Positions 57,633 through 64,000 of a DNA stretch of 64,000 nt are shown one piece after another; the stretch's first letter is position 1, and every line of letters begins with the position of its first letter. The notes under the pieces were generated by a model. That model made no database searches. It was not told the origin of the DNA and saw nothing but the letters and a program-made list of their open reading frames with translations. The translations under genes and the position numbers were made by a program. Source of the stretch: Clostridiales bacterium (lineage in GTDB: Bacteria > Bacillota > Clostridia > Saccharofermentanales > Saccharofermentanaceae); NCBI GenBank assembly GCA_017513085.1, contig JAFWDK010000015.1, positions 1 through 64,000 of the forward strand, written 5' to 3'.

Positions 57633-58412
57633 TCACTTGAGCAGGTTCTGATAAAACAGAAGATCAATATCCTTAAACACATTGAAAAGCACTTTGATGC
57701 CGCTTCCGGTCGTATCCAGGTATTCCTTCACTGTCGCCACGGCAATCTCCGCTGCTCTTTCATTCGGGAACATAAATACACCGGTAGAAATGCAGCAGAG
57801 GGCGACACTCGAAAGGCCGTTTTCATCCGCCAGTTTCAGGATCGACCGATAGCAGGATGCCAGATCGTCTTCATTTTGTTTCGTCAGAACATGCTGTACG
57901 ATCGGACCGACGGTGTGGATGATATACTTAGCCGGAAGATTAAATGCCGGCGTGATCTTGGCGCCTCCGGTCGGTTCCGGATACCCCTGCTTCTCGATGA
58001 TGTCATTACAGTAAAGCCGAAGCTGGATGCCGGCCTTGGAACCCAGGATGTTATCCAGACACGAATGCAGCCACTGATAGCAGCCGGTGAAGCCGGAATT
58101 TGCCGGATTCACCACAGCATCCACAGAAAGCCTGGACATATCTCCCTGCCATAGATAGATCCTCGCATCCGATCCGATGTGATGAAGATCCTCTAATCTC
58201 ACAATTCCTTCCGCTTCATTTTCCGCCGTCAGATATTCATCCTGAATCTTCAGAAATTCCTCACTGATCGGGTCGGGCATACGGATATTCATAAGACCCC
58301 GCAGGAGATCTTTCTGTTCCTTTTCGCCGGCGGGTATTTCCACATCGGCTGCATCCGACCTCTCCGCCAGAAGCTGTTTTATCAGCCATATTCTCTGCTC
58401 GTCATGGGTCAT
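57633..58412 (-). CDS. Zn-containing macrodomain protein-ADP-ribose hydrolase
   Basis: LMNIR N-terminal helical domain, WQGD, VNPAN, CYQWLHSC zinc loop, IHTVGP and CISTGVFMFP motifs. Confidence 0.92.
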   Translation of the reverse strand: MTHDEQRIWLIKQLLAERSDAADVEIPAGEKEQKDLLRGLMNIRMPDPISEEFLKIQDEYLTAENEAEGIVRLEDLHHIGSDARIYLWQGDMSRLSVDAVVNPANSGFTGCYQWLHSCLDNILGSKAGIQLRLYCNDIIEKQGYPEPTGGAKITPAFNLPAKYIIHTVGPIVQHVLTKQNEDDLASCYRSILKLADENGLSSVALCCISTGVFMFPNERAAEIAVATVKEYLDTTGSGIKVLFNVFKDIDLLFYQNLLK

Positions 58413-58417
58413 AATGT

Positions 58418-58822
58418 TCACTCCTCTTCCAATGTCTCAGAAAACCGCAGGAGATACCCGTCCGGGTCCTGGATCAGCACTTCTTTCTCCACATAACAGA
58501 TCCCGTCGCAGCGGTATTTACTGGTGAATAGATCTTTAAACGGAACCACGCCTTTTTCTTTTATCCGGGCAACGAATTCCTCCAAGTGGTCGATCTCGAT
58601 CTGGAAATTGATCCCTCTTCCAAGCGGATACTCCAGCTTCCCGGTCTCCCAATGGCCATTGATCTCGTTGATCATTAACTGCGCTTCCCCAAGCGAAAGA
58701 AAAGCAAACTTATCCTCGACCCGTTCGTACTCGATCTTAAAACGCAGCACGTCCGTATAAAATCGTTTGGAATTCTCAATATCGGAAACACTCAGTTCCG
58801 GAACCAGTTGATTGAATCGCAT
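58418..58822 (-). CDS. VOC (glyoxalase/bleomycin-resistance) family protein
   Basis: LVPELSVSD, PLGRGINFQ and QDPDGYLLRF motifs. Confidence 0.92.
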   Translation of the reverse strand: MRFNQLVPELSVSDIENSKRFYTDVLRFKIEYERVEDKFAFLSLGEAQLMINEINGHWETGKLEYPLGRGINFQIEIDHLEEFVARIKEKGVVPFKDLFTSKYRCDGICYVEKEVLIQDPDGYLLRFSETLEEE

Positions 58823-58858
58823 ACTCTTTTCTCCTTGAAGGGTTCCCTTCTCCTTGAA

Positions 58859-59539
58859 TCATTCCCCTAAAAGATCGGCTAACGTATCAGAGGTTTCGAC
58901 CGGTGTCCAGTGGCCTTCCACGCAGATCTCCGGGTCTATGCGCTTGATCGTATCCGCAAGTTTTCTGCTAAGATCCTTGTCTTTTTCTCCATTGGGAAAA
59001 GCACTGCACGTGGCGTCTCCCAGGAACAGGGTCTTGTCTTCGCACACATAGATGAGTGTCGCATCATCGGTGTGCGGCGATTCAGACTCGAGGATCTTCA
59101 CCGTGCATCCGCCCAGATCCAGCGTCATCTCTCCATGGTAGATCATGTCGGAAGGAACGACGATGACTTCCTTATTTCCGGCATATTCTTTTTGCACACT
59201 ATCACCGATGGCAAGGAAAACCGAAGGGCCGTTCTTCTCGATCGTTTCCTTCCATTCCTTCAGGTACTGATTCGTTCTTTCATTGCAGATAGAAAGACCA
59301 TGTATCGCATGCATGGCGAAGGTGTGATCCCAGTGCCAGTGCGTGATGACCGTCAGTTCCGGAAGCGGCAGTCCTTCTTTTTCCAGAAGTGCATAGAACT
59401 CTTTCATGTGCACATCCGAATGCCCTGCGTCGATCGCCAGGCTCCAGTTCTCACCCCGAACATAGCCGAGATTCGGCCGGTCCCGCTCCTCTTCAAAAGG
59501 CATATACCAAATATGTTCCGTTAGTTTTTGAAGTTCCAT
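58859..59539 (-). CDS. MBL-fold metallo-hydrolase
   Basis: IDAG, THWHWDH, PHT, LGD and EGH motifs. Confidence 0.92.
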   Translation of the reverse strand: MELQKLTEHIWYMPFEEERDRPNLGYVRGENWSLAIDAGHSDVHMKEFYALLEKEGLPLPELTVITHWHWDHTFAMHAIHGLSICNERTNQYLKEWKETIEKNGPSVFLAIGDSVQKEYAGNKEVIVVPSDMIYHGEMTLDLGGCTVKILESESPHTDDATLIYVCEDKTLFLGDATCSAFPNGEKDKDLSRKLADTIKRIDPEICVEGHWTPVETSDTLADLLGE

Positions 59540-59556
59540 CTTTTCTCCTCTGCTCG

Positions 59557-60432
59557 TTACCAGTGAACAAACTCTCCGCCGATCACGCCCCGCACTTCGG
59601 GATCAGACAGGATCCCGTACTTCTCCGGACGTCTGTACTTGTCGCCCATGATGTCGTTGCTTCGATGTTCTCTGAGCTGATCCAAATCGAGTTCCGCGAT
59701 ATACACACCCGGATCTCCCGGTGCTTCCAGTACACACATGTCTCTCACGCCCGGCTCATTTCGAAGCCACGGCACGCCGTCGAAAAGTGTCGAGTGACCA
59801 TTGCAGTCCGGCTGTCCTTTCGGGTAGTTGCAGGTAGCGACCGCCACCATGTTTTCGTACGCTCTCGTCCGAAGTGTGGAAAGGCGGTTGATCTCCATGG
59901 GGCAGGCATTCGGCGCCAGGATCAGTTCCGCACCTTTGAGCATCAGGATCCGGGCGCTCTCCGGAAATTCCCTGTCGAAGCAGATCATGGATCCGAACTT
60001 TACTTTTCCTCTTCCGAAATCCAGGTCCGTGACGTAGAAATCCTCTCCGCCACTTAAGACTTTTTCATCGGCAAAAGCACATGGATGTACCTTCGAGTAG
60101 TGAAGGATCTCTTTTCCTGTCCGATCAAAGAAGATCACGGAATTCAGCGGCTTCGGTTCATTCGTTTCTAAGAAAGTGATGCCGATCGCCATCTGAAGTG
60201 CAGAGGCAAGATCCCGGAACGTATTGACGAACTCACTGTCTTTTTCGATAGCGAGTTTGCGTATTTCGGCTTCATCCTGTGGAAGCGCATATCCGTCGCT
60301 CCACATCTCCGGAAAAAGCGCTACATCCGCGCCTTTTTCTTTTGCTTCCTCACAGGCTTTTTTCCCGATCAGAAGATTCTCATCAAGATCCTTACCGGGA
60401 AGGATCTGAAGTAATGCTATTTTCAGGTTCAT
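59557..60432 (-). CDS. Carbon-nitrogen hydrolase (nitrilase superfamily)
   Basis: Catalytic triad motifs FPEMW, YSKVH and ICFDREFPE; RAYEN. Confidence 0.92.
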   Translation of the reverse strand: MNLKIALLQILPGKDLDENLLIGKKACEEAKEKGADVALFPEMWSDGYALPQDEAEIRKLAIEKDSEFVNTFRDLASALQMAIGITFLETNEPKPLNSVIFFDRTGKEILHYSKVHPCAFADEKVLSGGEDFYVTDLDFGRGKVKFGSMICFDREFPESARILMLKGAELILAPNACPMEINRLSTLRTRAYENMVAVATCNYPKGQPDCNGHSTLFDGVPWLRNEPGVRDMCVLEAPGDPGVYIAELDLDQLREHRSNDIMGDKYRRPEKYGILSDPEVRGVIGGEFVHW

Positions 60433-60482
60433 TTTATCTCTCACTTTACTCTTTTTCAGAAGGAACAGATCCGTCATCCCAG

Positions 60483-61514
60483 CTATGTCAGGATATCCGG
60501 ATCCTTTCCGTTTTCTCGTATATATGCTATCACGTTTTCCTTCGTTCGGATCTTCTCCGCAAGCTCCTTCGGAAGGGTAGATAGAAATTCCGAAATCGAC
60601 ACTTGCGAGTTCTTCCGGATTTCTTTGAGAAGAAGTGTATCTTTCTTTTTTCTCTCCGCTTCCGACTTCGGATATCCCTGTCCGAAAGGCTCGGAAAAAA
60701 GTTTCTCGACCGTCTGTTCAAGATTCTCTTTTCCCTGCCATGTATATTCCTCACCCAGAGGAACCGACACGGCATTTCCGTCGTTGATCTGCGCGAAAAG
60801 ATATGCATCCATCGGTGTCGGAACATACCCGCAGAGCACGCCCGGCACGTTATTACAAGCCAGCATCATGCCCTGCCCGGAAGAGCATCCTGTCACCACA
60901 AGATCGAGAGATCCTGACGCCAGAAGAAGCCCCGCCAGAATGGAGATCTCGATGTAACTGTACTTCTCTTTTTCCTCCGGTGTGCAACCGAAGTTCAGCA
61001 CCGTCGCATACTTCGCATACTTCTTCACGGTCTCGAATAGAAGTGAGTTCTTTTCGCTCTGGGAACTAGCCTGGATCACGCCGATCCGCATCGGGACTCC
61101 GCGTATATTTTTCTCCTTCTGGTAAAAAGCACGGACGAACATCTGAAACTCTTCTTCGCTTTCGCAGGCCTTTCGGCACTGCTCCATTTTCGAAGCAGAG
61201 CGGAGATACACATCCTCGATCTTTTTGCACTCGAACTCCGGGCATTCCTTGCACCAGGATACGTCATGTTCTTTCGTGCAGGGAAGGAGCATAAAGCTGC
61301 AGGTCGGACGGCAGCCGCAGCCGGTACACCGGATCTCATCGTTACTGACTACGTGATCCCTCCATCCGGCACGATACCAGAACTCCGCCGTCTCGTGAAG
61401 TTCCTCTTCTGTTCTTGCCAGAAATCTGGGGCAGACCGCACAATCGTCCCCGCACACGGAGTAGATCGGCGGTGCTTTTCGAAGCTCAGGAAATCGATCA
61501 ATATACCATTTCAA
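60483..61514 (-). CDS. Fusion of a Cys-rich DUF3795-like domain and an RpiB/LacAB-family (DhuI-like) sugar isomerase
   Basis: CGDDCAVCP...CTGC...CKECPEFEC, then MRIGVIQASSQ, TGCSSGQG, DAYLFAQIN and GYP. Confidence 0.8.
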   Translation of the reverse strand: MKWYIDRFPELRKAPPIYSVCGDDCAVCPRFLARTEEELHETAEFWYRAGWRDHVVSNDEIRCTGCGCRPTCSFMLLPCTKEHDVSWCKECPEFECKKIEDVYLRSASKMEQCRKACESEEEFQMFVRAFYQKEKNIRGVPMRIGVIQASSQSEKNSLLFETVKKYAKYATVLNFGCTPEEKEKYSYIEISILAGLLLASGSLDLVVTGCSSGQGMMLACNNVPGVLCGYVPTPMDAYLFAQINDGNAVSVPLGEEYTWQGKENLEQTVEKLFSEPFGQGYPKSEAERKKKDTLLLKEIRKNSQVSISEFLSTLPKELAEKIRTKENVIAYIRENGKDPDILT

Positions 61515-61520
61515 ATCGCG

Positions 61521-62003
61521 TCACACTTCTTTCTGCATATAGCCACAGGTAAACGGGAAGAAATCGAATTTCTTCGTGCCGATATGGACCGCGCCGAAGC
61601 TCTCATACCACTTCCTAAGGACAGTATTTTCTTCCACGATGGAGATATTTACGATCGTACATCCGATGCTATGCGCGTAGGAAAAAGCATGCTCCAGAAG
61701 AAGTCTTCCTATCCCCTGATGACGGCACTCCGGAAGGACCGCCAGGTTATTGAGTTCACACTCCAGATTCTCCTGCATCGCCAGAGAATAATATCCGCAG
61801 ATATTTTCCTTCTCATCCACATAGACGAACATCGGCCGGCCTTCTTCCAGCTGCGAATAGAGCCTGTCTTCCGACATAGCAAAAGCTGTGAAACGAGGTG
61901 CATTTTCCGTGGTAAAACCAAGCTCCTCCGCAACTGTCAGAAAACTCTTTCGGATCACATCCACACACTGCGGGATCTCTTCCCGCTTCATTTCACGAAT
62001 CAT
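61521..62003 (-). CDS. GNAT family N-acetyltransferase
   Basis: LAVLPECRHQGIGRLLL acetyl-CoA motif; WYESFG. Confidence 0.92.
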   Translation of the reverse strand: MIREMKREEIPQCVDVIRKSFLTVAEELGFTTENAPRFTAFAMSEDRLYSQLEEGRPMFVYVDEKENICGYYSLAMQENLECELNNLAVLPECRHQGIGRLLLEHAFSYAHSIGCTIVNISIVEENTVLRKWYESFGAVHIGTKKFDFFPFTCGYMQKEV

Positions 62004-62169
62004 TTCGCAGCTCTCCTTTCCATCTGGATCTTTTTCCTACGACCGGGCTATCGGTTTTTGAACACTAGCAATCGTTTTTTCTTTAAGAAAAGTATAGCAT
62101 TCCTCGGCGGAAAAGGCTTTATCCTTTCAGTATAGGATCTGCGGTGTGTGCATGGTTTTCTCTCAAAAT

Positions 62170-62217
62170 TTTCCACTTTTTCCATGAAAAATCTTTCTGA
62201 ATTTCCACTTTTTCCAT
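62170..62217. repeat. 16-bp direct repeat TTTCCACTTTTTCCAT
   Basis: Exact copies at 62170 and 62202, 32 bp apart. Confidence 0.8.
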
Positions 62218-62255
62218 AACGCAAGTGTAGCACTAAGTTGGCATCAAATTGAGTC

Positions 62256-62957
62256 TCACACCTTCCGCATCCTGGCGACGTTCCTGTTCATAACTTTTCT
62301 TCCGTAGTGAACATAGGCGAAGTCCTTTACTTTGCTCCATGTCTGCTTGTGAAGGGTGAAGAAAGTATCCGGATCATCGAAGGTTCCGAAGTCTTTCACC
62401 ATCGATGCATTTTGTACGAAAAGATCCTGTCCCCGCCAGGTCAGATCCAATTCTGTCAAGTCCGGGACCGAGATGGCATATTTCTGAAATGGCCCTTTCT
62501 CCGGGTTCTCCTTCTTCTTCACGCCCTGCACATAGGCATCGTCCGTGATCACGCCCTCCAGTGCGATCCATTTCCCGTCATAGAAAACCTCCACCCAGGT
62601 ATGGGCGATCGTCTTCGGTGCCAGGATCGAGATGATGCCCGAGGTCGCTCCTCTCTGAAAGCACTTGCTGACTTCCGATCCGTGCAGGCGGCAGGGGATC
62701 CCACATCCGCGAAAGAGCGCCATGAGAAGTGTCGCCTTCGTGTTGCACTGGCCATATCCATCTGCGAGTACTTCTTCTGCGGTAAGTGTGTCAGAGCGGT
62801 TATATCCGAAAAGGATCTCATTTCGGACATAGTCATAGATCGCGCCGATCCGATTATAGGTGTCGAGATCTTTCCATCCACGGGATTCGATCAGATTCTG
62901 GATCGGTGCGGCGTCATAGTTTACCATCGGGGTTTTCTTAAGATATTTATTTTCCAT
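62256..62957 (-). CDS. Transglutaminase-like domain protein
   Basis: GYGQCNTK, GIPCR and HTWVEV...WIALEG motifs; start moved to MENK. Confidence 0.9.
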   Translation of the reverse strand: MENKYLKKTPMVNYDAAPIQNLIESRGWKDLDTYNRIGAIYDYVRNEILFGYNRSDTLTAEEVLADGYGQCNTKATLLMALFRGCGIPCRLHGSEVSKCFQRGATSGIISILAPKTIAHTWVEVFYDGKWIALEGVITDDAYVQGVKKKENPEKGPFQKYAISVPDLTELDLTWRGQDLFVQNASMVKDFGTFDDPDTFFTLHKQTWSKVKDFAYVHYGRKVMNRNVARMRKV

Positions 62958-63061
62958 ACTGTGCCTCTTTTCTATAGCCGCCTCATGCCCGCGTGCCCTT
63001 GGTTCGGGCATCGCGCGCCGGGCGCTCTTTCTTTTCTGGCATCAGTATAGAAAATCCCGGA

Positions 63062-63811
63062 TTAATAAACTTTCAGAAATTCGCTATCTTTTATGGTGCT
63101 TCTTGCCGGAAGTCCCATGAGTCTTTTTACCGTGGAGGCAAAATGCGATGGCGAGTCAAAGCCCGCATCCATCGCGGCATCGGTGATCTTCCTGCCGCTT
63201 AAGATATCCTGGAAAACTCTCTCCAGCTGGTGAAGAAGCAGATAGTCTTTCAAGGTGATCCCCACCTGCTCAGAGAAAAGATGCGACAGGCGGGACGAAG
63301 AAAGGTGCAGTTCTTCCGCAAAATGATCGACAGAGTGATCCGTGCAGCTGCAGTTTTCCAGCATGGAAAGGAATGCCGTGATCCGCTCATCCAGCTGCTT
63401 CTCAGAAGATCCGGCACCGACAAATTCATAGAGCTTCTCCATCAGATTCGTGTACGATTCTTTGGAAAATGCACTTGTCAGAGATCGCGCAAGTTCGATC
63501 AGTTTATCTACCTTCTTTTCATCTAGGATATAGTATTCGTTCCCGCTAAGAAGCATGCTCAGTTTCCGCCCCATATCCGAGGCAGGTTCGATCACGCAGG
63601 TAAAAAGAAGACCGCCACTAAACTTTACGGCATGCTTCACGTTCACATTCACAAAAAGGCACCGGTCGTGGATCTTCTCCTTTCCCACTTTCATCTCCGG
63701 AGTGCCGTGAAGAAACAGGAAAAACTGGATCATGCCGTGACTGTGTGTCGCGGCTTCCAGATGATCCGTGAGTGAAGCGATCTTATCGATATCCCAGTAG
63801 ATCCGGTTCAT
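63062..63811 (-). CDS. AraC family transcriptional regulator
   Basis: LSSSRLSHLF and AAMDAGFDSPSHF...G double HTH; N-terminal HSH cupin-like motif. Confidence 0.92.
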   Translation of the reverse strand: MNRIYWDIDKIASLTDHLEAATHSHGMIQFFLFLHGTPEMKVGKEKIHDRCLFVNVNVKHAVKFSGGLLFTCVIEPASDMGRKLSMLLSGNEYYILDEKKVDKLIELARSLTSAFSKESYTNLMEKLYEFVGAGSSEKQLDERITAFLSMLENCSCTDHSVDHFAEELHLSSSRLSHLFSEQVGITLKDYLLLHQLERVFQDILSGRKITDAAMDAGFDSPSHFASTVKRLMGLPARSTIKDSEFLKVY

Positions 63812-63855
63812 GTTTTTCCTTTCTATTCATTCACTAACAGCCTGTGCGCCGGGCA

Positions 63856-64000
63856 TCAGAAAAGGTCCAGCGAACTGTCCAGATAGATCTCTTCTCTTAC
63901 TTTCAGCTGATATTCCGGCTTCGTCATATAGTATAGCAGGAACTCCAGGACAATGGCGCTTCCGAGGCTTCTTCCCTCAATCTTAAAGTGGGAAAAACCG
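63856..64000 (-). CDS. C-terminus of a U32-like conserved protein (partial)
   Basis: Open frame GFSHFKIEGRSLGSAIVLEFLLYYMTKPEYQLKVREEIYLDSSLDLF*; KIEGR is a peptidase-U32 family motif. Confidence 0.6.
   Translation of the reverse strand, partial: GFSHFKIEGRSLGSAIVLEFLLYYMTKPEYQLKVREEIYLDSSLDLF

Noticed and set aside
56047-58412. Thoeris or other Sir2 anti-phage NADase system
   Set aside because: The sirtuin has class M features and a Zn-macrodomain partner. No TIR, SLOG, HerA or Argonaute gene is present.
62980-63860. GCGCCGGGC at about 63014 and 63846 as attC-like sites
   Set aside because: Only 9 bp, two copies, and absent from the other gene junctions.

Overview
Chromosomal window from an anaerobic, fibre-degrading Firmicute (Clostridia). 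A rumen Saccharofermentans-like organism is inferred from the DUF4214/LRR surface protein, the GH9 cellulase and HydE; this is not proven. Contents from left to right: a partial LRR-DUF4214 surface protein, pta-ackA, an LTA-synthase/DEAD-helicase/GH9 cellulase operon, deoB-deoC-cdd, and a very large multi-pass membrane protein. Next is a hexuronate utilisation island (kdgK, eda, uxaC, oligosaccharide ABC importer, acetylesterase, uxuA, uxuB, GntR) with a shared 14-bp operator. Then come galK, a decayed ABC operon, an array of short palindromic motifs with an invariant 25-nt spacing, and DUF4428 and DUF2130 genes. These are followed by PhoPR plus a Na/Pi transporter, hydE, a sugar-sensing diguanylate cyclase, an XRE-TPR regulator with an ABC exporter, and cysK. 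The window ends with a long same-strand run of small accessory genes, including a Zn-macrodomain / class M sirtuin / DUF1848 module split by a RelB-YafQ toxin-antitoxin pair. No rRNA, tRNA, cas gene, integrase or transposase was seen. The strongest novelty candidates are the 38.0-38.36 kb fixed-spacing palindrome array and the ADP-ribosylation module lacking its known GcvH-L target. All family assignments come from motif recognition by eye, not database searches. Some start codons were moved from the ORF track to RBS-supported positions.
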